From an uncultured Trueperaceae bacterium (GTDB lineage: Bacteria; Deinococcota; Deinococci; Deinococcales; Trueperaceae), in the NCBI GenBank assembly GCA_963727505.1, contig CAVSGP010000009.1:384001-448000 (forward strand): a stretch of DNA of 64,000 bases. The letters are read 5' to 3'. Below the pieces are notes generated by a model. The model was not told where the DNA came from and searched no databases. It saw only the letters and a program-made list of their open reading frames with translations. Position numbers and translations under genes: made by a program. Of the stretch, positions 17,711 through 35,164 are shown piece by piece; position 1 is the first letter of the stretch; each line of letters starts with the position of its first letter.

Positions 17711-18241
17711 ATGGCCAACCCAAGGAACGAGGCGTCCGTTCGCGAGCTGCATGGTCTGCTCGACGACGTTAAGACGTTCTTCCTGGTGGACTACCAGGGG
17801 CTCTCCGCTGGTGAGCTCGGCCGGCTGCGCGCTTCGGTGCGCGCGTCGGGCGGGCGCATCCTGGTCGCCAAGAACACCCTCATCGACGTCGTGCTCAAGC
17901 AGCAAGGCGTCGAGGGGTTCAGCGACACGCTCACGGGTCCGACGGCCCTGGTGCTCGTCGGCGAGGACCCGGTGGCGCCTCTGAAGGCGATCGCCGACTT
18001 CGCGAAGGACCACCCAAGGGACCTGCCCAAAGGCAAGGGCGGGCTCCTGCAGGGAGGCATCGTGAGCGCGGATGCCCTCGACCGCATCGCCAAACTGCCG
18101 TCGCGGCAGCAGCTGCAGAGCGAATTGCTCGGCACGCTGCTCGCGCCGCTGCAGCAACTGGTGGGCGTGTTGGAGGGACCACAGCGGAACCTGGTATCCG
18201 TCATGCAGAACTACAGCGAGAAAGTGAAGGAGGAACAGTAG
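17711..18241 (+). CDS. rplJ: 50S ribosomal protein L10
   Basis: LVDYQGLS, VAKNTL, LTGPTAL, IAKLPSR. Confidence 0.96.
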   Translation: MANPRNEASVRELHGLLDDVKTFFLVDYQGLSAGELGRLRASVRASGGRILVAKNTLIDVVLKQQGVEGFSDTLTGPTALVLVGEDPVAPLKAIADFAKDHPRDLPKGKGGLLQGGIVSADALDRIAKLPSRQQLQSELLGTLLAPLQQLVGVLEGPQRNLVSVMQNYSEKVKEEQ

Positions 18242-18622
18242 ATGGCGTTCGACAAGGAAGCGATGGTGGAACAGCTCAGTGGCCTGACGGTGCTGGAGCT
18301 GGTGGATCTGGTGGATGCCCTGAAGGAGAAGTGGGGCGTCGAAGCTGCTGCCGCGATGCCGGCAGGGATGATGGCGGCCGCGCCGGCCGCCGCCGAAGCT
18401 GAGGCCGAGGAGCAGACCGAGTTCACGGTCAGCATCAAGTCGGCGGGCGACAAGAAGCTGCAGGTCATCAAGGAAGTCCGCGCGATCACGAGTCTGGGTC
18501 TGAAGGAAGCCAAGGACCTGGTCGAGGCCGGCGGCGTCGTGAAGGAGAGCGTCGGCAAGGACGAGGCCGACGAGATCAAGGGCAAGCTGGAAGCCGCGGG
18601 CGCCACCGTCGAGGTCAAGTAA
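18242..18622 (+). CDS. rplL: 50S ribosomal protein L7/L12
   Basis: [43 protein letters not shown]. Confidence 0.97.
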   Translation: MAFDKEAMVEQLSGLTVLELVDLVDALKEKWGVEAAAAMPAGMMAAAPAAAEAEAEEQTEFTVSIKSAGDKKLQVIKEVRAITSLGLKEAKDLVEAGGVVKESVGKDEADEIKGKLEAAGATVEVK

Positions 18623-18645
18623 CGCGCTTTGCGCGCCGGATGCAC

Positions 18646-18671
18646 GGAGGGCCCGCGCACGCGGGCCGTCC
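18646..18671 (+). terminator. GC hairpin after rplL (putative terminator/attenuator, no U-tract)
   Basis: GGAGGGCCCGCG-CA-CGCGGGCCGTCC, one mismatch. Confidence 0.5.
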
Positions 18672-19155
18672 AGAAGGAGACGCCCAGGCGTGTGGCGACC
18701 GTACTCGGGTCGTCGCACGCCGGAGGGCGTATCGACGGGTCCGTTCGGGCATGGCAGGCGACGTGACTGGGAGCCGCGAAGCGGTAGGATGCGAATTCGT
18801 GGTTTCAGGCCCGCTAGCGGGGAGATCGGTCGGAGTCGGTACGAAAGACAGGTTGGCAGGTCACAGCGAGACGGGTTGGATGCTGCGTCCCGGACGAACC
18901 TCACGGTTCGAAGAGGCGGCGAGCGCGCGATGCGATGCCGCGGCCGGGCCGCCCGACACGTTCTCCCGATGGGACACGGTATTTTGAGTCAGGGGATTCG
19001 TACTTGACGTCGAACGTTTCTGTACGGCAAGGCGTACCGGGAGACCGCACGCGGCCCTCCCGCGATGCGCTTTGTCGCGTCACGGCTTGAACGGCACACG
19101 CGGCGTCGGCCGCGTAGACGCTCCGGGCGACACGGCTTCGAGCGAAGGGGTGAAG

Positions 19156-22530
<3,375 letters not shown>

Positions 22531-22573
22531 GCCGGGTGAGGACCGCAAGTGGCGCTTTCCTGAAGGGACGGAC

Positions 22574-27160
<4,587 letters not shown>

Positions 27161-27186
27161 TCCGCTCGGGAACACCACATCGTCCC

Positions 27187-27216
27187 GCGGGGGCCGGCGC
27201 ACGCGCCGGCCCCCGC
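27187..27216 (+). terminator. Hairpin after rpoC (putative terminator, no U-tract)
   Basis: GCGGGGGCCGGCGC-AC-GCGCCGGCCCCCGC perfect inverted repeat. Confidence 0.65.
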
Positions 27217-27244
27217 TCACGTTGGGGCTGCTACGCTGTCGGAG

Positions 27245-27667
27245 ATGCCAACGAGCGTGCCCGAGGGGCCGTACACCGGCGCCGCGTTGGACGCGGTGGT
27301 GCTGGCGTTCGACCCCGGGCGCAATGTGGGTGCCGCCTGGGTGCGTCGTGACGGCACCGCCGAGCGCCTCGCCATCCTTGCGCTGCCCGACCTCGAGCAG
27401 CTCGTCCTACCACCCGGCGCCGTCGTTCTGGTAGGGGACGGCACGGGTAGCAGAGCCGTGGTGGAGCGCCTGCGCGCGCGCGGCGTGGCGCCCACGCTGG
27501 TCGACGAGCGCGACACCACCCTCGTGGCGCGGGGGCTCTACTTCCGGGACCATCCGCCGCGGGGGCCGTTGAGGCTGCTGCCGCCCGGCATGCGCTCGCC
27601 GCCCCGCCCGATCGACGACTACGCCGCTTATGCCATCGCGCTGCGCTGGCTGGGGGTGCACCGGTAG
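27245..27667 (+). CDS. YqgF/RuvX-like RNase H-fold nuclease
   Basis: VLAFDPGR, VGDGTGS, VDERDTT, IDDYAAYAIA; TACGCT 7 nt upstream of the ATG. Confidence 0.8.
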   Translation: MPTSVPEGPYTGAALDAVVLAFDPGRNVGAAWVRRDGTAERLAILALPDLEQLVLPPGAVVLVGDGTGSRAVVERLRARGVAPTLVDERDTTLVARGLYFRDHPPRGPLRLLPPGMRSPPRPIDDYAAYAIALRWLGVHR

Positions 27668-27709
27668 CGCGCCCGCGCTCTTCAGGGCGGAACGCAACGG
27701 GCATGCGCC

Positions 27710-28351
27710 TCAGGGGCGCTGGGCGCGCACCGTCACGATGGGGAAGAACCAGTCCACGCCGGGAGGCAGGGGCACCGTGTCGAGGCGCTCGAAACGGAAG
27801 CCGGCCTCCTCGACGGCGCGCGGGGTGTCGCGCCCGATGTGGCAGCCGCGTCCCTCGAAGGCGTTCCAGAGAGGATCGACGGCATCCTGCAGGCGTCCGA
27901 TCCAGGGACGGGAATGACGGACGTGCTCCAGCAGGCGCAGCGAACCGCCCGGGCGGAGCACCCGTCGCGCCTCGCGCAGTGCGACGTCGGGCCGCGCCAC
28001 GCTGCAGAGCATCAGCTCGGCGACCACGGCGTCGAAGGTGCCGTCGCGGAAGGGCAGGTCGTGAGCGTCGCCGGGAAGCACCGTAACGTCGGCCGTGGCC
28101 GTGCGTGCCCGTCGCGCCGCCGTCAGGCGGAATGCCGGCTCCGGCTCGAGTGCCGTGACCTGCGCCTCCGGAGCGTAGTGGACGAAGCCGGCACCGGTGC
28201 CACACCCCAGCTCCAGCACCTTGCCCTTCACGTCCTCGAGCAAGCTCCGCCGCGCCTCGGCCAGCGCCATGCGGTCCAGGCGCCCCACGACGCCGTCGTA
28301 GAGAGCGGCGGCGCCGCCTGACCGACGTTCCAGCCAGTCGCGTGGTCCCAT
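27710..28351 (-). CDS. Class I SAM-dependent methyltransferase
   Basis: VLELGCGTG, LPFRDGTFDAV, RRVLRPGG, LEHV; start uncertain. Confidence 0.88.
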   Translation of the reverse strand: MGPRDWLERRSGGAAALYDGVVGRLDRMALAEARRSLLEDVKGKVLELGCGTGAGFVHYAPEAQVTALEPEPAFRLTAARRARTATADVTVLPGDAHDLPFRDGTFDAVVAELMLCSVARPDVALREARRVLRPGGSLRLLEHVRHSRPWIGRLQDAVDPLWNAFEGRGCHIGRDTPRAVEEAGFRFERLDTVPLPPGVDWFFPIVTVRAQRP

Positions 28352-28463
28352 CCGGTCGCCTCCCCGGGGCCGGTGACGCCCCGGGACGGGGGCGCCATAC
28401 GAAGGGCCGGGGAGGATCCCCGGCCCGCATCCGGCGCGCGGCCCTTGGCCGCAGCGCGTCATG

Positions 28464-28970
28464 TCAGTTCAGCTCGTCGTCTTCCCCCGCGTCCATCATG
28501 GCGCGCGCTTCCTGCACGTTGATCGACAACACAGCACTGATCTCGCCGGCCAGCAGGCGCAGGGCCCGCCGGTAGGCCTGACGGTCGAGGTCGGGGAGGC
28601 CGCGTTCGAGATCCCAGCGGCGCAACTCGCTGGCGAGCGTGGCGATCTGGTAGGGGTCGCCGCTCGTCAGGATGTCCGTCACCTTGCGGTGACGCGCCGC
28701 CCATTGCTTCGGCAACGTGATGCGACCGTTGTTGAGGCGCTCCAGGACGCTCTGGACCTCTTCACTGGTGAGTGCCGGGCGGAGCCCGGCCTCCTGGGGC
28801 GCGTGTACCGGGACGTAGGCGCGCGAGGTGCCATTGGGGAACTCGACCTCGTAGTAGTCGAGGTCCGCGCCCGCGATCGTGCGCACCGTGGTCCCGGAGA
28901 CGATGCCGACGCCGTACGGCGGGAGGACCACCTGATCACCGCTCTTGAAGGTCTTGGATTGATCTTTCAA
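28464..28970 (-). CDS. carD: CarD family RNA polymerase-binding regulator (Thermus CarD-like)
   Basis: GDQVVLPPYGVG, AYVPV, GLRPAL, LPKQWAARHRK, ERGLPDLDRQA closely match Thermus CarD; TTG start with GGGAG SD. Confidence 0.92.
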   Translation of the reverse strand: MKDQSKTFKSGDQVVLPPYGVGIVSGTTVRTIAGADLDYYEVEFPNGTSRAYVPVHAPQEAGLRPALTSEEVQSVLERLNNGRITLPKQWAARHRKVTDILTSGDPYQIATLASELRRWDLERGLPDLDRQAYRRALRLLAGEISAVLSINVQEARAMMDAGEDDELN

Positions 28971-29113
28971 CGTTGCCTGCTCCCTTCTTTCAGGGCTCGT
29001 TCATGCTTGCGCGGCCGCCGACTGCGGCGGCACCGGGTTGGACAGGTTGTTGAGGTGATAGCTGTGGGGGGCTCGCCCCAGAGAAAATACGCGGCTCCAG
29101 CGAGCACATCCAC
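28967..29113 (-). CDS. Candidate leaderless uORF (48 aa) upstream of carD
   Basis: Extended -10 TGcTAGAAT (29121-29126), 7 nt, GTG; its TGA overlaps the carD TTG (TTGA). Confidence 0.3.
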   Translation of the reverse strand: MDVLAGAAYFLWGEPPTAITSTTCPTRCRRSRRPRKHERALKEGSRQR

Positions 29114-29259
29114 GTACGGCATTCTAGCAGATTCGAGGGCGCCTTGCACGGGGTCGAAGGTTCCGACCGGAGCTTCTTCAGAAACCTTCGAAGTTCGTCC
29201 TGGTCGGCGTTCTGGCGCGTGACGCGTGACGCTTCGAAACGGCACTCGTGGAACTGCGG

Positions 29260-30171
29260 TCAGTCTCCCGGCACCTCCGGCGGCGCTGCCTCCGCGGCCG
29301 GGTGCTCGCTCGACCGCACGGTGAAGACCACGCCGGCCAGCAGGATGGCGGCGCCGACCAGCGTCAGTGCCGACGGCACCTCTCCGAAGACGGCGAGCGC
29401 CAGCAGGGTGGACCCGACCGGTTCCAGCAGGGTCGTGGTCGCCACGAGCGTGGGATCGAGGTGCCGCATGGCGTAGTTGATGCCGTTGTGCCCGATCAGC
29501 TGGGGCAAGAGCGCGAGAAGCGCGATCCACGCCAGGCTCGAGACGGGGTAACCGGTGTAGGGAATCGCGAACAGCGCCGGCAGCGGCAGCAACGCCAGCG
29601 CAGCCACCGCGTACGCGACGCCGGCGTAGGCGTCGAGCCCCACGCCGGAACGCTGCACGGTGCGGCCGAGAAGCAGGTATCCCGCCGCACTGGCCGCGCC
29701 CACGAGCGCCAGCGCGTCGCCCAGGAGCGGCGCAGTGCCCCCGCCGAGGTCGCCGAAGCCGATGACGGCGGCGCCTCCCACCGCGAGCACGACGCCGATG
29801 AGGACCGAGAAGCTGGGCGCGCGGCCGGTGAACAGCCAGGCGAACAGCGCCACCCACAGCGGGGAGGTCGTGACCAGCGTGACGCTGGCCGCCACCGACG
29901 TCAGGTTGAGCGAGGTGATCCAGGTCGCGAAGTGGATGCCCAACAGCACGCCTGCCGCCACCGTCAGGAGCGCGGCCCGACCCTTGAGCGGCGTCCGTCG
30001 GAGCCCACGAACGGCCAGGGGCGCCATCACGAGCGACGCCAGCACCATCCGGTAGAGCGCGATCACCACGCCCGGGGCATCGGCCAGACGGATGAAGATC
30101 GCCGCCAGGCTGATCGCCGCGATCGCGGCCGCCAGCACCAGAGAGACCCGCGTGGTCGGAGGCGGCGCCAT
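29260..30171 (-). CDS. DMT/EamA family transporter
   Basis: About 10 TM helices, HFATWITSL, LLGDALAL, PQLIGH, LLEPVGS; ATG 7 nt after TAGGAT. Confidence 0.9.
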   Translation of the reverse strand: MAPPPTTRVSLVLAAAIAAISLAAIFIRLADAPGVVIALYRMVLASLVMAPLAVRGLRRTPLKGRAALLTVAAGVLLGIHFATWITSLNLTSVAASVTLVTTSPLWVALFAWLFTGRAPSFSVLIGVVLAVGGAAVIGFGDLGGGTAPLLGDALALVGAASAAGYLLLGRTVQRSGVGLDAYAGVAYAVAALALLPLPALFAIPYTGYPVSSLAWIALLALLPQLIGHNGINYAMRHLDPTLVATTTLLEPVGSTLLALAVFGEVPSALTLVGAAILLAGVVFTVRSSEHPAAEAAPPEVPGD

Positions 30172-30302
30172 GAGCGCCATCCTACCGTGCCGCCGCCGTG
30201 AGCGCCCTCCAGGTCGCCCTTCGACGGCCTGCGCGAGGTGCTCGGCCGCTGGGAGAGCACCGTTGGTAGAGTGGGGCGGTCGCAGGACGAGAGGGGGGCC
30301 GC

Positions 30303-31658
30303 GTGGCAGCATTTCCGTCGGACTTCACATGGGGCGTGTCGACCGCCGCCTACCAGATCGAGGGTGCAGTGGCGGACGGCAAGGGCGCCAGCATCTGGGA
30401 TACGTTCGCGCACGGAGCCGGACACATCGTCGACGGCAGCGACGGCGATGTCGCGTGCGAGCACCTCGAGCGCATCGACGAGGACCTCGACCTGCTGGCC
30501 GAGCTGGGGGTGGGCGCCTATCGCTTCTCCACCGCCTGGACTCGCATCTTCCCCGAAGGGAGCGGCCGGCTCCGGCGCGCCGGACTCGATACCTACGAGC
30601 GCATCGTGGACGGCCTGTTGGAACGCGGCATCGAACCGTGGCTCTGCCTCTACCACTGGGATCTTCCCCAGGCGCTGCAGGACCGCGGAGGATGGGCGCA
30701 GCGCGACACCGTGCACTACTTCGCCGACTACGCCGCCGCGGTGGCCGAACACCTCGGCGACCGCGTACGCCGGTTCCTGATGTTCAACGAACCCAACGTG
30801 CACGCCGTACTCGGTCACCTGCTCGGTGTGCACGCGCCCGGTGTGACCGATCCGGCCGCCTTCGCGGCCGCCCTCCACCACCAGAACCTGGCGACCGGCG
30901 TGGGGGTGGCACGGCTGAGGGACATCGACCCGTCGTTCACCCTGGGCACCGTCGTGAACGTCCAACCGGTGATGGCGGCGGCCGACGGCGAGGAGCACCA
31001 GCGAGCGGCCGAGCTGCTCGACGCCGTGTGGAACCGCGCCACGCTCGACCCCTTGCTGCTGGGGCGTTACCCCGAGGCGGCCGCCGGACTACTGGGCGAG
31101 GTCGCTGACGCCGACGATCTCGGCCTCATCCAGCAGCCGCTCGACGTTCTGGGCGTCAACTACTACAGTCGCGCCTGGGTGCGCGCCAGCGCGACGAGCC
31201 TGGTAGGGCTCGAGCCGGTCGACCCGCCCGCCGGATCCGCGACCACCGCCATGGGGTGGGAGGTTGCCCCGGAAGCGCTGACGGGCGTGCTCGCCGAACT
31301 GCGGGACGCCTACGGCAACCCTCCGGTCGTGATCACCGAGAACGGCGCCGCCTACGAGGACGCGCCCGGACCGGACGGGCGAGTGGAAGACGTGGCGCGC
31401 GGCCGCTACCTCACGCGCCACCTGCGAGCGGTGCAGGAGGCGATCGACGCAGGCTGCGACGTCCGCGGCTACTTCGCCTGGACCCTGGTCGACAACTTCG
31501 AGTGGGCGGAAGGGTTCAGCAAGCGCTTCGGGCTGGTGCATCTCGAGCGCGCCACGCAGCGTCGCACGCCCAAGCGCTCCTTCGACGTATACCGGAGCGT
31601 CCTGCGAAGCGGCATGCCCGAGGCAGTCGAGGAGGAGCTCCCGGCGGAGGACGGCTGA
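30303..31658 (+). CDS. GH1 beta-glucosidase
   Basis: FTWGVSTAAYQIEG, YRFS, LYHWDLPQAL, NEP acid/base, ITENG nucleophile, DNFEWAEG. Confidence 0.95.
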   Translation: MAAFPSDFTWGVSTAAYQIEGAVADGKGASIWDTFAHGAGHIVDGSDGDVACEHLERIDEDLDLLAELGVGAYRFSTAWTRIFPEGSGRLRRAGLDTYERIVDGLLERGIEPWLCLYHWDLPQALQDRGGWAQRDTVHYFADYAAAVAEHLGDRVRRFLMFNEPNVHAVLGHLLGVHAPGVTDPAAFAAALHHQNLATGVGVARLRDIDPSFTLGTVVNVQPVMAAADGEEHQRAAELLDAVWNRATLDPLLLGRYPEAAAGLLGEVADADDLGLIQQPLDVLGVNYYSRAWVRASATSLVGLEPVDPPAGSATTAMGWEVAPEALTGVLAELRDAYGNPPVVITENGAAYEDAPGPDGRVEDVARGRYLTRHLRAVQEAIDAGCDVRGYFAWTLVDNFEWAEGFSKRFGLVHLERATQRRTPKRSFDVYRSVLRSGMPEAVEEELPAEDG

Positions 31659-32084
31659 TCACGCTCCGCGCGGGTCACCATCGTCCGTCGGCCACCCGCT
31701 GCGCGCCAGGCCGACGGCCAGCACCGCCCAGCCTGCGATCTGCAGCAGGCCACCGAGCGGGGTGATCGCGCCCAGCACGCCGACGCCCGTGAGGACGAGC
31801 ACGTAAAGGCTCCCCGAGAAGATGATCGAGCCCACCAGAAGCAGGAGCGCGGCCAGCCGGCTGCTGCGGGGCAGGGCGGCGATCAGCAAGAGTCCCAGCG
31901 CGTGATACATCTGGAAGCGCACGGCGGTCTCCCACACGCCCATGCGCTGGCTCCCCAGCACAGGGGCGAGCGTGTGCACGCCGAACGCCCCGAACACCAC
32001 GGCGAGCCCGGCCAGCGAAGCGCCCCACACGGCAGAGCCGCGTGGGCTCAGGCCCGCGCTGCGCAGGCTCCGACGTCCTGTCAT
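31659..32084 (-). CDS. DUF423 family membrane protein
   Basis: GAFGVH, WETAVRFQMYHAL, IFSGSLY, GAITPLGG; AAGGAG SD. Confidence 0.88.
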   Translation of the reverse strand: MTGRRSLRSAGLSPRGSAVWGASLAGLAVVFGAFGVHTLAPVLGSQRMGVWETAVRFQMYHALGLLLIAALPRSSRLAALLLLVGSIIFSGSLYVLVLTGVGVLGAITPLGGLLQIAGWAVLAVGLARSGWPTDDGDPRGA

Positions 32085-32166
32085 GAGGGTCTCCTTCCGT
32101 GCCGACGGGCGTCGCGCCGGCCGACACGCCGGCGATCCTACCGCGGGCGCGTTCGCCGGGAGGGGC

Positions 32167-34002
32167 TCAGCGCCCGCCCGAGCTGCCGCCGCCCCCGCCG
32201 CCGCCCCCGCCGCCGGAGGACGAGCCGCCCGACGACGCCGACGCCGAGGCCGACGCCAGCGCGCTGGAAAGCGACTGGATCTGCGCTGACATGGACGCGA
32301 GATCGGTGATGCCGGTCCCGGCATGCGCGCCGAGCCAAGCGCCCCGGCTCAGCATGGCGCCCTGGTCGGCGCCGGCTAAAGGCGCCGCGCGGGCGAGGGT
32401 CTTCAGGTAGCGATCGGCCACGCCGAGTGCGGCGGCGTAGCAGTAGTAGACATCCCAAAGGCCGAAGAAGTCGAGCGGCGCGTTCTTCATGCGGGTGTAG
32501 TCGGTGAGCGTGCGCCGGAAGCCGTTCCAGCCGTAGATCTCCGGGGCGATCTCCTCGCGCCACGCCGGCAGGCTGGCGCCCGCCGTGATCGCAAGACCCA
32601 CGGCCAGCGCAGCACCGCCGATGAACAAGCCGCGGGCAGTGCCGTGGGCGAGGTACGCGCCGCCGCCCAGGACCGCCGCCATCACGATGGCGAGGCCGCT
32701 CCAGCGGCGCGTGGCGCTACGACTCACCGCGCTGACGAGCGGTCCGCCGCGCCGCTCCTCCAGCCAGTCGCGGACCTTCCTCCCCCAGGCGCGCACGAAG
32801 GTCTGACCGTGACGCCTGGAGTAGGCCTTGAGCTCGTTGAACTCGAGGTAGTCCGGATCGCCCCGGCGGTGGGTGCGCGCGGCGCTCTGCAGGTAGCCCA
32901 GCACGTCGCGTTCGAAGGGCTCGAGCCCCTCGGTCGACTTGCCGGGGTCGAGACGCATCTCGAAGCGCTTGCCCTTGGGCGTGAACGAGCCGTAGCCGCG
33001 GCGCGCCAGGTCCATGATGGTCGCGAAGAATGCCGGTCCCATCGAGGAGGCGCTGAAGTTCTGCATGCGCATGGCGCTCACCGCTGCGGGCGGCAGATCG
33101 CTGGGGGGCTCGAAGGGGTATTTCATCGACGCCGCACGGGGCTCACGGCCGTAGCGACGGTAGTCGCGCCACACGCCGCTGCCCAGCCACAGCACCACAC
33201 CGAGCGGCACGAGCCCCCACAGCCAGTGGGAGCGCAAGCGCTCGAAGGTGCGCTGGCGGCTCTGCACGCCGGCGATGCGCGTCTCGTCCTGCAGCAACCG
33301 CTTCATCCCGAGGCCCGTCCCTCGCAGTGTGAACAAGGCGGGGTCCATCAGGTAGCGGACCTCGACGCCGTCGCCACCGGGGATGCGGTCGAAGGCCACG
33401 CTCAGGGTGCTGCGATCGTCGGAGAGCGTGACAGAGGGCGTCTCGGGGTTGGCGTAGCGGTGGACGTAGGCGTCGTAGGGCGCGGCCATCGGCCCCGGCG
33501 CGTGCACCGTCAGATGGTAGCCGAGGATGGTCGGGTGGTCGAGCTGGACGAGGTTCCAGTACCACTGCACGACGTCGCTGTACGCGTCCATGCTGCCGTC
33601 CAGGCGGTACACGAAGCGGACGCGACGCTCGGCGATGCGGCGGCTCATGTGGACGACCACCTCGGTGCCTCCCTGGCAGGGCTGGCTGTAGGCGCGTGCG
33701 TCCGGACCGGCGCCCAGCGCCTGGGTGCCGGGCAACAGCGTGACGGTCTGGTTGGGGCCGTGCCCCACGCAGATGAAGGCCTCGCCGAAGTCCCCGGTGG
33801 TGGTGAGGGTACGGGTATCGTGCACCACGACGGCGCCGTCGGCTTGCAGCGTGACGTCCTGGACGACATCGTTCCACTGATAGCTCTGCCCCAGGGCGGT
33901 GCTTGCCAGCACCGCCACGAGCAGGAACGCCAGGCGGAGCCGGCAGCCGGGTACCGGTGATCGCGTGTCGGGGCTCACGACTTCACGGGGCTGGGAACGC
34001 AC
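32167..34002 (-). CDS. DUF2207 (YciQ-like) membrane protein
   Basis: Signal-like N-terminus, PPSDLPPA, ATIMDLARRG, WNGFRR, YAAALGV, Gly/Ser-rich C-terminus; start uncertain. Confidence 0.82.
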   Translation of the reverse strand: MRSQPREVVSPDTRSPVPGCRLRLAFLLVAVLASTALGQSYQWNDVVQDVTLQADGAVVVHDTRTLTTTGDFGEAFICVGHGPNQTVTLLPGTQALGAGPDARAYSQPCQGGTEVVVHMSRRIAERRVRFVYRLDGSMDAYSDVVQWYWNLVQLDHPTILGYHLTVHAPGPMAAPYDAYVHRYANPETPSVTLSDDRSTLSVAFDRIPGGDGVEVRYLMDPALFTLRGTGLGMKRLLQDETRIAGVQSRQRTFERLRSHWLWGLVPLGVVLWLGSGVWRDYRRYGREPRAASMKYPFEPPSDLPPAAVSAMRMQNFSASSMGPAFFATIMDLARRGYGSFTPKGKRFEMRLDPGKSTEGLEPFERDVLGYLQSAARTHRRGDPDYLEFNELKAYSRRHGQTFVRAWGRKVRDWLEERRGGPLVSAVSRSATRRWSGLAIVMAAVLGGGAYLAHGTARGLFIGGAALAVGLAITAGASLPAWREEIAPEIYGWNGFRRTLTDYTRMKNAPLDFFGLWDVYYCYAAALGVADRYLKTLARAAPLAGADQGAMLSRGAWLGAHAGTGITDLASMSAQIQSLSSALASASASASSGGSSSGGGGGGGGGGSSGGR

Positions 34003-35164
34003 GGCTCACCACCGCCCCGGGGGAGCCCATGGCGCCGAGGTCCTGGCCGCCCACCACGATGTCCACGCCTGCGGCGTTGCCGACGTGGAGGTACACCGGG
34101 AGATCGAAGACGTAGTGTTGCCCCGCGTCTACCGTGGCGTAGACGAGCCGGTCGCCCTGGTTGCGGTTGTTGCTGTGATAGACCTCGAGCCAGGTGCGGG
34201 CGGTGATGTTGATGCCGATCTGGTTGGGTCCCACCGAGGTTGGCGTGACCGATGCGTTCGACGGACCGGAAGCCTGCGTCGGCGCCTGCGGCTTGGGGGT
34301 CAGCGTGTAGCTGAGGGTGCGGTCCTGCGCGAGGTTCACGGTCGTCACCAGGGGTTGGTAGCCGGGGAGCGTGATCTCGATCTGGCGGCCCTCCCTGGCG
34401 GTCACCGGTGCGTCCTTGATGGGCGTGGTGCCGGGCAGGCCGAAGCCGTCGATGCTGACGCTGGCGCCAGGCGGCTTCGTGTCGATGGTGACCTGGACGG
34501 TGCGCGATTGCACGGCGTCACCGACCACACCCGCAGGCGTCGAGGAGGCACCGCTGGTCGTACCCGCAGGCGTGGAGGAGGCACCCGCCGTCGAGTTGGT
34601 GCCCGCGGCAACCGCCCCGGACGATCCGCCGCTCTGCTGCGGCGCGCTCGCCACGGTCGGCTCGCCACCGGTCGGGACGGGGGCGCGACTGGGCCGGAAC
34701 AACAGGCTGTTGAAGCCCCACACCGCCAGCCCCACCAGCACCGCCACCAGCAGCAACGTAGGGAGCAGCGTTCCGAACGGCAGGCCCGAGCGCCGGTCCT
34801 GGGTTGGGACCTCGCCGCGGCGCTCCTGCTCGAGATGCCGCTCGAGGGTGGACATGCCCACCGCGCGACGGCGCTCGCGGGCGTAGCTGTCGAGCAACGT
34901 GGCGGCGTCGAGCCCGGCGGCCTGGGCGTACAGGCGCACGTAGTTGCGGCTGTAGACGTCCTCCGGAAGGTCCTGGTAGCGCCCTTCCTCGAGCGCTCGC
35001 AGGTACTCCAGGCGTACGTGCGTCAACTCGGCGATGTCGGAGAGCTCGAGACCCTTACGGGTACGTGCCTCCACCAGCATGTCGCCGAGCCCTTGGGGGC
35101 GGCCCCCCGGCGGGTGCTCACCCTCCGGCGCCGCACTCCCGGAATTCACGTCGTGCTCGCTCAT
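33983..35164 (-). CDS. RodZ-like protein (HTH, TM helix, PEGA-like domain, DUF4115)
   Basis: LGDMLVEAR...YLRALEEG...YVRLYA, one TM helix, IDTKPPGASVSIDG...GTTP (PEGA-like), TWLEV...VGNAAGV. Confidence 0.85.
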   Translation of the reverse strand: MSEHDVNSGSAAPEGEHPPGGRPQGLGDMLVEARTRKGLELSDIAELTHVRLEYLRALEEGRYQDLPEDVYSRNYVRLYAQAAGLDAATLLDSYARERRRAVGMSTLERHLEQERRGEVPTQDRRSGLPFGTLLPTLLLVAVLVGLAVWGFNSLLFRPSRAPVPTGGEPTVASAPQQSGGSSGAVAAGTNSTAGASSTPAGTTSGASSTPAGVVGDAVQSRTVQVTIDTKPPGASVSIDGFGLPGTTPIKDAPVTAREGRQIEITLPGYQPLVTTVNLAQDRTLSYTLTPKPQAPTQASGPSNASVTPTSVGPNQIGINITARTWLEVYHSNNRNQGDRLVYATVDAGQHYVFDLPVYLHVGNAAGVDIVVGGQDLGAMGSPGAVVSRAFPAP

